A DNA stretch of 63,192 nucleotides, counting the filler, from Hausera hauseri (Eukaryota), in assembly GCA_046269625.1 (NCBI GenBank). It is 10 parts of 10 records of this genome, joined end to end, with 100 filler letters (N's around TTAATTAATTAA, not from the genome) between each part and the next. Parts side by side here need not be neighbours in the genome. Positions count along the whole stretch, not along the records: positions 18,796 to 23,619 come from JBJURY010423587.1; positions 23,720 to 28,262 come from JBJURY010534676.1; positions 28,363 to 35,145 come from JBJURY010065773.1; 7 more parts are not named here. One strand, written 5' to 3'. A program made the translations under genes and the position numbers. This document shows positions 22,825 through 35,245 of the stretch, in pieces; positions within the stretch are counted from its first letter, which is position 1; each line of letters opens with the position of its first letter. A model generated the notes under the pieces. It had not been told where the DNA came from. It worked only from the letters and a program-made list of their open reading frames with translations, and did not search any database.

Positions 22825-23107
22825 AAACGAAAACCAAAAAGAAGCTCACAATTTTGAACTGTTGGAAACCGGTGACGATCGTCGTGAAAAAAACTGGAGC
22901 ACAGCGATTTACAATAAGAAGGATCCTTAGGTGCAATTGAAGGCACTGGCTGCCGATTTGGAACAGAAACGACTGGAATCGAAAATAGATCAAATCGATC
23001 ATTTCAACCGAGAAAATCAACGACAGGGCCGCGATAAGTTCCAAACATTGCGTCAAATTCGTCAAGGTAACACGAAGAAAAGAATCGATACTTCTGAGTC
23101 GTTGTAA
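22825..23107 (+). pseudogene. ERM (ezrin/radixin/moesin) C-terminal exon with an in-frame stop
   Basis: ...DDRREKNWSTAIYNKKDP*VQLKALAADLEQKRLESKIDQIDHFNRENQRQGRDKFQTLRQIRQGNTKKRIDTSESL*. Acceptor ttttgatag at 22824; AATAAA at about 23531. Confidence 0.85.
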
Positions 23108-23719
23108 GGGCAATCGTATGATTCAATATTAATATCAGCTCAATAATTAATGAAATTTAATTACAGTGATTTACTGATTCGTAGTTTATTGGTTGGCATA
23201 TATCTATCTCTTCTCGAATTTACGACTGCTGCTGACATTTACTTCTACTTCGACTTATATTTTCTGTTATTTTCACTTTTAATCCTGTTCCTATTTGATA
23301 TGTGTGCATGTTCTATTTCTGGTGTCCATGTGCTGTACTATGACATGAATTTATTAATTTCTTTTTAATAGTCTTCAGTTTATATCAGTGATTTTTATTC
23401 TAGTCACGGTGTATGAGTCAATATACATACATACCTACATTTATACATTTCTGCTCTGTCTTAAATGTTTCCCAATCAAAAAAATGATGTTTGAGTTGAA
23501 ATTTTTATTAAATTAGTTGTTTTAATATTCAATAAAGATTTGTACAGACTTAAAATTTGAAATTGTTTATTTTACGCCATTTTTTCTTACTATTTTTGAT
23601 TCGGATGAATTTGAATATTNNNNNNNNNNNNNNNNNNNNNNNNNNNNNNNNNNNNNNNNNNNNTTAATTAATTAANNNNNNNNNNNNNNNNNNNNNNNNN
23701 NNNNNNNNNNNNNNNNNNN

Positions 23720-24010
23720 TCGGTCGTAGCATCATGATATGCATCTATCAAGTAGGCTCGATTGTGAGGAAATGCTTGTCGTGCAACATAATCAATTATA
23801 GTCTGATCACGGGGATATTTGAACAACAACAAATAGTATACGTTGAGATTTCTTGTTCGATGCTGTCCACCTTTATGGAACATGTTTTGAGTAATGAAAA
23901 TAACCGTCACACCACGGTGTTGTACAATCTTCGTGAACAGGTTGTTGAAGTCGATTTGTTTTGCGGCTTCCTGAAATAAATCGTCAATGACAATAACGTC
24001 ACCGGTGAGT
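23720..24010 (-). pseudogene. Polinton A32/FtsK-like packaging ATPase fragment
   Basis: DDLFQEA...LFTKIVQHRGVTVIFITQNMF...NVYYLLLFKYPRD...AYLIDAYHDAT. Confidence 0.85.
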
Positions 24011-24078
24011 AATCTCTGGGACCAGTTCTAATCAAACATACTTATTACCGTTATAGATTTTAATTAACAAAATTCCTG

Positions 24079-24280
24079 GTGGCAACACTTGCCAACCACA
24101 TAACATTTGAAGATTACGTAGATTGCATAAGGAACGAAACGGTGCTCCTTTTCTCGATGACGTCCATCCGATCTCAACGGCATTTTTTCACAACAGATAA
24201 AGAAATATCTCATCCTTTTCATGACAAGAGACCGATTTTACATAATGGAATACGTACACTAGCCCATGGACATTGTGATT
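24079..24280 (+). pseudogene. Polinton protein-primed DNA polymerase B, extreme C-terminus
   Basis: ITFEDYVDCI...SIRSQRH...PFHDKR.IL.NGIRTLAHGH matches the pPolB C-terminal motif. Confidence 0.8.
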
Positions 24281-25249
24281 TTCATCATCAGCAACAACAA
24301 CAACAAGATGACCTGATTGATGACTGATGATAATGATGATGACGATTATAAAGATAACTTGTACATACTCTGCCAATATATTTCTATTTCTTTGATGAGT
24401 TTTCCTTTCTTTTCTGTTTCACATTTTGTGTTTTGTTTATTATGACCTTTATAGTCAGATAAGCTGGGGAAAATGGTGTTTTCCGAAACTGGGTCAGGGG
24501 GAATTTTTCAAATGCATGTTATAACCAGAAAGGTTGGGAAATGGTGTTGTCCGTGTTGCCTACTCACATGTTATAAACTGTCATGTATACGATGTAATTT
24601 GCTCACAATTGTTAGAAATGCTTACATATTATAAACTGTCATGTAGACTACGTGATTTGCTCACAGTGGCTTAAAATTCCATCAGCTAAAAACTGTCATA
24701 TCCAATCACATGACAGTTACGTGATACACCCACACATCACGCGCTACACACGATCAGAGTCATATGACTGCCACGCGATTTGCAAAGCTATGAACGCCTT
24801 TGCTGCAACACATTTCGTCCGGTCCCACAGGCCCATGTTGGATCCCGACTTCTTCTTTTTGACCGACTTTCCCACATAACCGCTTCACACAATCCAGATG
24901 TTATGTGCATCATTCGAACGCCCGAACTGTAAACAACAATTCCACTCATATATGTCTGCTCAAATTTTGCTTCTACATTTTTTTCTTTTTTATTTTCCGG
25001 CTTTGCTTCAAGTGCTGCAGCGGCCTTCTGTGCACCATCGAACTCGTCGTGCGCCAATTGACGGGAAACCACGTGTCTCTCACGTGATTGGTCACGTGAT
25101 GCTTGAGTGGACTAAAATGTATTAACAGATATGGTAATATCCATTCCAAGAAAATCGAAAATATTAAAAGAAATTTAAAAAGAAACAATAGTAAGTTCAA
25201 AAAAGGAGAAAAGAAAATCAGGAAAATCAAAAACAAAACAAATAATTAT

Positions 25250-28100
25250 GAAGGTTAACCGAAATCAAACGTTTATTGTTGATACGAGTGGAATAAAACG
25301 ATCGCTAATTTAAAGGAAAAAGTAGCCGCAAAGTACTGCATGAAAACGAATGAGTTCATAATTATATGTCAAAACAAAAAAATAGAACGAAGACGAAACG
25401 TTATATGAGATTCCACATGGGACAACAATTTTTTAACAATCGTGCACTGCAAGGAGGAAGTACAAATGAAAGTGAAGAATTTGAGAACCGGTTATTGAGC
25501 AAAGGTGATTTAAAATATGAAGTAATGATCAAAAGAAACTCCTTGATTGATAAAAGATTGTCAGAGAATGAATTCAGAAAAAAAAATCAATGTTTAAAAT
25601 TTCAAGAAATTGTCAATAGCGATCAGCTCTTTAAAATTTTACATCAGAAAATTGACGAAAAAGGAAGAGTTGTCTGAATTAATTACCGAAGCGAGTACTA
25701 TCGAATCACAGAATGATTACATATTGAAAATGATCCAGGTGAGAAGTCTTGTGATGTTAGATGATCAAAAATGGAACATGAACATACATAATGAATATTT
25801 AGCACCAAGCTGAAACATATGGAACTCGCAAAGTTTGAAGAAAATGTTGCAGAATTTGAAAAATGGCGACATATTTTCAAAACTTGTGTCGAAAAACCAT
25901 CACTTTCTTCAATCGACAAACAGACCCAATTAGAAAACTGCCTGTGTGGCGAAGCGAAACGTTTGATTCGGAATTACGACCTCTCCCCAAGTTCCTACAA
26001 AACAGCGATTGAAACGTTGGGCCACTATTATGGTGATAACCAAATAAATTACGTTTCCCTCATGTCACAAGTCATGGAATTTCAAAAGATAGGCGTGCAT
26101 AATATAAAAGAAGTGGATTCCTTTACCATATTATTAGATTCGGTTATTGTGAGACTAAACATTTCAATCGAGAAACGGAATTAGAAGGCGGTTTATTATA
26201 CCCAATTTTTATTCAAAATCTACTTGAAGTGATGGTGAGGACTGGAACATTATCGCGAGGACAAAGACAAAAAACGGAATGTGCAGGATTTAAAGTCTTA
26301 GGTAGAAAAGAAGCCGAACTGAAATGCGTTGCTGCAGAAGGAGTCCTCAGAAATAATGCCTTAATGTCAAACAAATTTAAACAAGAACATTTAGAAAAAC
26401 CAGTAATAAGCTCACTGTTTACTAAGAAAATTGAAGAAAAACTGAAACCAACAAATAAATCTAACTATAACTATACGAAGGATGCGGGAGTGAACACAGA
26501 AATAGAAATGAATCAAACAGCTATGCTCGCTGGAAAGCAGAAACAAGAAATCAGCAAAGACCTTGCAAATACTTCCAGATAGGAAAATGTCGTCTTGATA
26601 AGTCATATACTTATCGACATGAAAAAGATCAAAATAACCATAAATGTACAAACCAAATAGCTTGTATATACTTTAAAAGTGGGAATTGTAAATATAGTAC
26701 AAATTTTCGATTCAGACACGAATTTTCTCCAGATTCCACTAAACTAGAAATTAATTATTGGAAAATTCCTAATGAGAAATTTAAAAATATTGAAATATCA
26801 AAATCATACTTAAGACATAATGAAATGGAGGTAACTTGTTTAATACGAACGGGGCAAAATCAGAACATAAAGATGGTTTCTGTCAAGTAAATGACTTCGA
26901 TATCTCAGAAAAACGACAAATATGGAGGACAATGTGTCTGATCTTTAAAACAGTGGCCTTGAGAACCATATCAGTATACTTAATCAACAGAAACCAAAGA
27001 ATTACAATGTTACTAGACGATGTTGGTACAGGTAGTTTTCTCAAAGAAAATATTGCACAGCAACTAAAACTCAATTGGAAAGATGTTACTGTAGCAGTGG
27101 TCAGAGAGGTGTAACAAAAACAAAAGATGACAAAAGTTCACATCCTATTACAAAGTCTAGACAATAACATTTGTGATTTGATGCACTGTCCGTGAAAAAA
27201 CCTACAGGAAATATGAACGCTACTGAATGGAATAAGAGCAAACTATATCAGTTTTCATAAAGCTATATAAGAAATTTCGGAAAAGTTACCAGAACCGATA
27301 GCCAGGTTAACTCCACTTGGTTGGACATGTGTCGGAATTTTGGATAAAAGAAAAAACAACTTAGTACGCAACAGCCTGGTACGAGCATATTGGAATAGGG
27401 CAAATGAAGTAAATGAAAACATAAAAATTACGAGAAATTGAGAATTTAACCGAAGAAAAGGAAACTTGGTTAAAGTTGGACAGAGAAATATTTCAAATTA
27501 CGAAAAATAAAATAAAGAAAACCGAAGACGGAATATACGAAATTTGTCTACTTCGGAAGGATAAAATAGAACACATACCAGAATCCAGATACATGACAAA
27601 GAAAAAGTCGAATATTTTGGAAAGAAATTAAGTTTTGATAGTTCATTGAAAATAATTGAAGATCGGATAAAAAGGATATGTAGAGCTTGCCGATCAAATA
27701 AAAGGTAAAACAAGTCATTGGTTACTACCACACTACTCTGTTCTGAAACAAGAAAGATCCACTACGAAAGTCAGAATAGTTTTTGATACAGCTGCAAAAG
27801 TAAAACAAAAAGTTTGTAGCTGAAATGTTCTTGTAAATTAGTATCTTATCATGTAATAGAACATTTGTACAGTTTGTACAGAAAAATGAAGAAAAACTTG
27901 AAACTTATCGGTTCACGAGGCTTGTATTTGGATTGAACGCCTCAACGTTTTAGCTCAACTCATGAGTCAAATTAATGCGGATACATTTGAAAATCAGTAC
28001 CCGCGAGCGATTGAAACCATTAGACAGTCAACATACATGGATGGCTGCATCGATTCCGTTGAGACGAAAATTAAACAATCGAATGATATCACTAATTAAA
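25250..28100 (+). mobile_element. Highly degenerate BEL/Pao LTR retrotransposon (Gag, protease, RT remnants)
   Basis: DUF1759-type Gag LAKFEENVAEFEKWRHIF...L.NCLCGEAK..YKTAIETL..YG; protease LLDDVGTGSF; ARLTPLGWTC; LPHYSVLKQERSTTKVRIVFD; STYMDGCID. Confidence 0.85.
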
Positions 28101-31100
28101 AGTGTTAGTATATCGATTCTCTACCGTCCCGACCTCAACCTCACTTGATGATTGTAAGAGAGTTATCCATAAAAGATTTATTATAAAAGTTTGCATAACA
28201 ATTATCTTCTTCACTCATTAAATTGTTCAATCTTCATTAATTCGGCTTGGGAGAGACTTGTTNNNNNNNNNNNNNNNNNNNNNNNNNNNNNNNNNNNNNN
28301 NNNNNNTTAATTAATTAANNNNNNNNNNNNNNNNNNNNNNNNNNNNNNNNNNNNNNNNNNNNCGAGTTACAATTCAGATAGGAATCAAGGTAGCTACCTA
28401 TCAACTAATAAATATACGGATAATGGAAGTAATAATAACAGATATGACGGAGATAATAAACAAATATCACAGAGTAAAAATAAGAATGTAAACAGATCAA
28501 AATCACCTGTGAATAAAGATGATTGACAAAGGATTGGCCGAAATGGGAATTTAATTTGTTTTACGTGTGGAAAAGAGGGACATAGCGCCAGGTCATGCCC
28601 AAATTCTAGAAGTCACATTTACTCAACCGAACAAAACAAGTATGATTAGAAATAACTTAGAAGCCATCTATGGTAAACGAGGTGATTAAGCATGATCATC
28701 GAAATGCAAGACCTGTGTAGGCCTGTAAGATACTTAGTTTAAACTACTAATCCTCAAGTCATAAAAGCTAGGGAAGAGTATGAAGAGAAACTACGGCTAA
28801 TGGAAGTCTGTCATGGGTTGAGAGAACCAGAAACTGAAAAGAATGGGCACTGGAGCAAAATAATACTAATATAGCGCGTAAAAGTCTATTCCCCAAGGGA
28901 TAGTCCAGTCAGAGAAACCAACAACATCTGAGAATGTAGATTTAGACGCAGAATCCGAAAAGTACCACCCAGATGAAAAAACAGATGAAATCGAAAGTGA
29001 ATTTATGGGACTATTAGTTCTCAAAATAACAAAAAATAAAGGTAGAAGCCCATCGCCTAAGAGAAAATCCAAGACTCGCTCAAGATTTCCAATAAAAAGG
29101 ACGCAGAAGAAAGAGGAGACTCCTATACCGTTATCCTAGGAGACGACTCACCTTTAGATACGCCATAAAGGACTTTAGAAACGTTGGAAACACCGGATAT
29201 AATAAACATTAATGACGAAATTAATGAAATTTGTCCGCTTCCAGCTAGTGAGGATGAAACGAAAGTTAGTAATGATTTCGACGCGAGAAAATGGAAGGTT
29301 CGATGTTCATGGAAGAACGCCGACGAACTAAAGAGAATAAGAATTATATGTCACGACCCAGAGATACTTCGACACAATTTAGAAAGACTTAAACAGATCA
29401 GTAAACAAACAGACATATCTGGTAAGGAACAACAATTTGCGGAGAAATTATACAAGAGCTTAAAATTATGGAGCGAAGGGAAGCTCGATGAAGCAATTGA
29501 CATAAGACAATCGGAAGAAATACCACGAAATACGTTAATAAAATGGAACCACGAATTAGAGTCGTGGATTAAAAGTGGAGTAGAATTTTCGGAAGGATGG
29601 AGTAATGACGAAGATAATATTAGCGTAAAAGTAGCTGAAGCGCAAACAATGCTATCTAGCTTAGAAGCTAATCCTAAGTTGAAGCGAACAGCCCGTAACT
29701 TAGAACGTAAGATGGACGAAATACGTTATATAATAAATCACCTTAGAGAAAAATCGGTTAGCAATCGAAGTCATATCGATTTAGAAATATTGGGTATAGA
29801 ACTGACAGACATTTCTCCCTTAATGGAGATGATAAAAAATTCCTTTGTCAAAAACAGTCGATGTGCGGACTTAGAGAGCCGCATCGAAATGGAGAATGAA
29901 AAAAGATTACAGATCAATACTTTAAGAAACCGAATTATGTTCCCAAGCCATGGGGAAACTTAATACGTAATAAAAGCTTGTATTGTAAAGACGAGTTTAG
30001 TTATGCCGGTCGAATTATGAACTTTCTAAGAGGGCCGGACGATGAATTAAAAGATGCACATAATATGTTAGATAAGGCTATAATGGCAGAACCAGTAATC
30101 GCAAACCAATTGTCGGAATGGTCCGAATTAGTAAACCGACTAAGAAAGTTAGTAGAAGACCGAAAAAAAGAATTTCCACAAAGCGAACCAACGGTAAAGA
30201 AGCAGCTAGAAGAAAGTGCACATGATCTAGGCACAATGCGACTGGAAATAGACATCTGTACCCAATTCGAAACATTAAGACGGTTAAAATTTATGAGAAG
30301 AGAACAAGAAACGTCGATATTGAAGGAGATCTATAAATTGATCGAAGAAACGAACTTCACGGAAAAACGGAACATGATTTACGATGTAACTTCAAAGTTG
30401 AAGGTTGCTGGACTCGAAGGAATCCAATACTTAACGGAAAACCAATCGACAAGATCTCTGCCCAAGGCATTAAAATCTTAGACATCTGTCCTGGACATCG
30501 AGATACGTTAACAGATGAAATAAAATTCTTGCATAGACCACAAGAATGGATGACCGGATCAGATCAGAATTTTCATACCAAGTTGACAAAAATAAGAGAT
30601 GACTCACATTTTAGCTTTTACAAACAAAAGTTCGCAAAGAAATTGTTGGATGCAATGGACCCCGACTCAAAAACTATAAATGAGATGTACGAATGGCGGA
30701 GATTAGTGACGAAAGAATGAGGCAATTAATGCCAAGATACAGAAAGTAGAAGAAACTTGCATTAAAACAAAACAAAGAGCAACAAGGTTGGATGAACTAA
30801 GGAACGAATTTGAAGTTTATCGGAACATATATCCTTTTACTGAGTCAGAGATAAAAAATAAACGAGAATTTGTACAAAGATGGCAAAGAGATGTGATTAT
30901 CGAACTAACTGATTACCATCAAAAGGGATTCATCGATTCTAATGAATTAAGCGAATTACTAAAAAGATTCAATACGCTTGCGGGAACGGAATAGGTTTCC
31001 GAACCACACAAATAAAAGAGATACAACCGAGATTGAAAGAAATTCGAGAAAATGTGCAAAAAACGAACACAGCTCTTGTAAACTATGGACTTCCAGATAT

Positions 31101-31408
31101 CAAGAATGAACCAGGATGGGATGCCTATTTAGAAGAAATAGCGGCTGAAAATCCGGTCACTTCGGTACATCTCGATGAAATACAAACGTATCCGCAGAAT
31201 AGGAAATTCAATGTAGAAATGCTCTTAGATTCAGCGTTAACTGAAAAAGATTTAATGGAATCAATTAATGTGAATATGACCGAAAATAAACTCAGGCAAC
31301 TTATTCCGATCTTAACTAAATTATCTAGCAAGAATACAATTTACAACATTGCCAAAACTTTTGATAAAGAAGTACGAAATTATTTTAAGAACTAAACCTG
31401 AGGTAGTG

Positions 31409-31630
31409 ATGAGAGTAGTGATATCATGCGACTGGATGGAAGAAAAAGAATTTGAGATAACTACTTATTCCTACGTAAAGGACGTAAGAGAATGGTTATT
31501 AAATAATAGCGAAACAAATGAGCTAAATTACAGATTTTATTTTAGAGGAAGAATACTTGATGATTTAGAGCAGTTAATAGATGTCGGAATTATTCCCGAC
31601 GAAACAAATCGGATAGTAGTAACAATAGCC
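31409..31630 (+). pseudogene. Ubiquitin-like domain inside the element C polyprotein (no terminal GG)
   Basis: MRVVISCDWMEEKEFEITTYSYVKDVREWLLNNSETNELNYRFYFRGRILDDLEQLIDVGIIPDETNRIVVTI follows the beta-grasp pattern (ubiquitin [21 protein letters not shown]). Confidence 0.75.
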
Positions 31631-32350
31631 AATGAACAGACGAAAGAAGAAGCCACGTGAAAGGCTAAAACGGAACAGTGTGTAGGACAAATCATGGGAG
31701 CGCGAGATGCAGCAATGTATTTCGAATATTTACAGACGGATGAAGACAAAGAACAATATGACAAGAATCTAGTACCTTTGAGCGGGATGCCAACTAATGC
31801 TCCAAGACAAAAACGCCCAGTCGGTAGATCGAGGAAGCCCCGAGAAGAAATCGATTATAACGGAGATCTGATTACAGAGTTAAGACAGATGTCCATTCCT
31901 ACTTTTTGTACAGATAATAAAGAATAAAGCGAGTTAATAAAAAATGTAATACGTATCGTAAATTATTCGAGTTTCAGCGGAGATACATTAGATGACAAAG
32001 AAAAGGCAATATTTAACGCAGCCAGAACAATGAGAAGTTCGAGTTTCAAACTGTCGAAAAGTAGTCTAACCGACGACGCAGTAGTTGAGAAAATTATAGT
32101 GGAGAATACGATAAAAGAGCTAAGAAAAGTATTATTGTATTTGACAATTAAGACAAATCCGAATCAAGAAAATGAACTAAATCGAGCTACGAGTTTGGCT
32201 CGAAAAGCATTTAGGAAACTTCCGTGTGAAGTAAATTGGACAAAATTGTTTGACAAAGAAGAAGACAAGAGGAATAGTAATAATGGACTAGGAGACATCA
32301 TGCGGAACTTGAGGATAACGGATAATAACAACCGAAAGAATGAATCTAAT

Positions 32351-34434
32351 TGGTTAATCAATTTGCTCACCATAATGATGTTGATAAAACAGATGGGCAC
32401 CGTCACCGTTCACGATTGCGATAAATTTAAGCTCGGCCAAAAATACTCATTAATGGATTTAGAAGCGTGCGAAGATGCCAGATCACATGAATTGGAGACT
32501 AAGGAGAAGAACTATTTTCTACACTAACAACAAAAGTTGATATCCTTGGATGGCATGGAATGTATGCTGAGACGATCTCGTAGCATTTTTCATTGTGGGC
32601 TAATGTACGGACACTCCTCAATAATTAAACCAACAACCCCTCCGATCCCAATGAATTTGGAAAGACAACATTGCAAGCAAGCTCGAGAAACCGGAAAACT
32701 GAAATGAGAAAGCCTAGAATTAGAAATGCCGCCCGGAAAAATAATCAGAGCGTATAAGATAGTAGCCGGAAGACTGGATATGCATAACGAGCACTGTAGT
32801 GGAACGGAATACGATACCGGAAAAGGATTGGAAGCAAACGTAATGGTAGTAGATTTTTACGAATCAGAAAAACAAGTCCAAAAAGTAATGTTTCATAGTG
32901 TCACTAAGCTATATACTGAGAATCAAAAATGCCACATGCAAGACGGAACTTGCGCTTTCCGAAGTTTTGACGTCATATGGGAACTGCCCACCGGAAAAGC
33001 TTGCAATTTTATTAAGATCAAAGAACTGAGATTTAATGAAACTACTGGAAAGCGATACGTAGACAAATTCGATATAAGTTCAAGAGCACGTGAAAATGTA
33101 TCAGAGTATCATACATCTACGATATTAATCTCTGATCAACACGGATTGAAATTCATAAAAAAGGAAATGATTTCAAGACGTGAAGTAGTAATGTTCACAA
33201 CTCATTAGGAAGCATTCTTCGTCGCGGAAACGGAGATAAACGCGAAAACATACAACCTGGAAACACAAGACATTCGAATCGAGGATTATCTGAAAAATAA
33301 AGACGATTATTTCTATTATAAAGTACAGGTTGGAATAGCAGAACTATACCATAAAATGATAACGAACGACTACAAATTTGATACGGAAATTATGAGGACA
33401 AAATTAGCTCTTATTTATGCGAACCCGGAATTAGCCTCACCAATTATTCCCATGAGAGAAGGAATTTTTGGTTGAGTTACTGGTGAAGTTCTACTGACAT
33501 ATGAATGCGACAAAAGAGACGTACTAATTAATGTCGAGGAAAAACGATGCATACAAAAACTTCCTGTGATCTACCAGAATACTCCGCGCTTAGCCATGCC
33601 TCTCACTAGAGTATTGCTAGACAACGCAATTCAACCTACCATATTAAAGGATTGCAAAGCAAGTTTGGGTGAATGAATGCTTAGGCGTAGCGAAACGGAT
33701 TGGGTTAGCTTAGCCAATGGAGGTGTCACTATTATTCAAAAAAACTAACTGGAACTAATTTAGCAAAAGGAATGAACGACGACAAGTTTCAGGATACATC
33801 TTAGAAAGGCATACATAGATTTAAAGAAATTGAAGCTTTTCGGCAATTTCTCGCTTTTCCACGACAGCGAACACACGAATTAAATCGGGCCATGGAATCA
33901 GTAGTAGATGATACTCGATACCAAGCGAAATGGGAATCCCTGCTTGGTGAAAACCATTACCAACGGGTAACCACAGAAATACTTTACAAAATATGGGGAA
34001 GATTTTTAATTTTTGGACAAGCGGCATCTGGATTTTTAGCAATCTATTTCATGGTACAACTAGTGAAGGCGGTAATCCAAGCGGTTATAAATGGGTATAA
34101 AATATGCACGCTAACAGGATTTTCTTGCAAGATCTTAATCGCAATTATCACACCGTTTGGCAAAATGCTTAAAGCATACGAAGAAAATCGATGGAAAAAT
34201 GACGTTGAACTCCATGTCGGCTACTATAATTATAAACGTCGAGCAAGACCCATATTTCGATTGAAACACAAGGCTAAGAAACCAATGACACGAACAAATA
34301 ACTCCGGTGATGACGAGCCTAAGGGAGGAGAAGCGATCCTCAGACAAAATAAACACAAAATGTACTCAGTAATTAGTGTACCCTTACCTATCATTCCGCC
34401 AACGGCTACGAGGATTGTGACAAAACATCTATGA
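32351..34434 (+). pseudogene. Chuvirus (Jingchuvirales)-type envelope glycoprotein with an internal signal peptide and C-terminal TM segments
   Basis: Reading through stops: WLINLLTIMML..VHDC..YSLMDLEAC..ECMLRRSRSIFHCG..HS..CKQARETG..AGRL..HCSGTEY..CHMQDGTC..IW..ACNF..GIFG*VTGEVLLTYEC..CIQKLPV..PLTRVL..IWGRFLIFGQAASGFLAIYFMVQLVKAVIQAVINGY. Confidence 0.85.
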
Positions 34435-34834
34435 TGTCATATAGATCGGCATTCTGTCAGAAACCTTTCAGCTATGAAGATCCTTATGAAGGAAGAAAGC
34501 AATATGGAATCTTAAAGAAAATGCAATTCACTAAGCAATGACGAGCGGAAGACGACCACAGGATATTGTACTCACCGAGGATATCTCGGAATATAGAAAC
34601 AAGATCAACAGTCTGGGGAATGTAAGGAGTGAAATCGTTCCAAAATCCAATAGTACAAGAACTATTAATCAGAAATAATGCAAATAACATGGCAGTTAAC
34701 GACTTATACCCCAACAAAGAACTGAAACAGCTGAGTGAAAATATTATTTCATCACCAGAGATAACGATAAACGGACATGAAAATTTTTCGATTAAACGAC
34801 CGAAGGACGTGTCGAGCTGTTATGGGTCAGTTAT

Positions 34835-35145
34835 GGAAGGAAGACCCTTTACAAAAGTTACTATCGAAGATTGGGAAATCTATGCCTTAAAAGACACTGG
34901 ATCGGAGAAATCGTTTATCAAATTAGAATCAATACCACCGACACTCCGAAAACAACTGCAGCTAGAATCATCAGCAGACCCAGGCAGCATAGGAGCCTTC
35001 AGGCAAGAATCCAAACCAAAATTTAAATGGAGTCCTTTAGTCCAGTTAATGGGTCAAATTCTACTACGCGAGTTTGCCATAATGGATCAATTAACCGACG
35101 ATGTAGTGCTAGGTTGCGACATACTGAAACAATTACCCAATATCG
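34835..35145 (+). pseudogene. Retropepsin aspartic protease of element C
   Basis: GRPFTKVTIEDWEIYALKDTGSEKSFI...DDVVLGCDIL. Confidence 0.85.
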
Positions 35146-35245
35146 NNNNNNNNNNNNNNNNNNNNNNNNNNNNNNNNNNNNNNNNNNNNTTAATTAATTA
35201 ANNNNNNNNNNNNNNNNNNNNNNNNNNNNNNNNNNNNNNNNNNNN

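Larger units (their letters stand above)
28363..35145 (+). mobile_element. Degenerate env-bearing LTR retroelement C (probably Gypsy): Gag knuckle, long unknown region, UBL, chuvirus-like glycoprotein, protease
   Basis: CFTCGKEGHSARSC at 28557-28598 and a Gypsy-type protease at the contig end. Uniform A-rich coding bias throughout, with no internal LTR, TIR or strand switch seen. Confidence 0.8.

Noticed and set aside
24780-24900. Helitron Rep N-terminal-like peptides on the minus strand (CEAVMW, MCCSKG)
   Set aside because: Two short motifs in different frames with no Rep or helicase motifs nearby; insufficient support.
30190-30900. Faint syntaxin/SNARE-like helices in the unknown region of element C
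   Set aside because: Generic coiled-coil similarity only; cannot be supported without a profile search.
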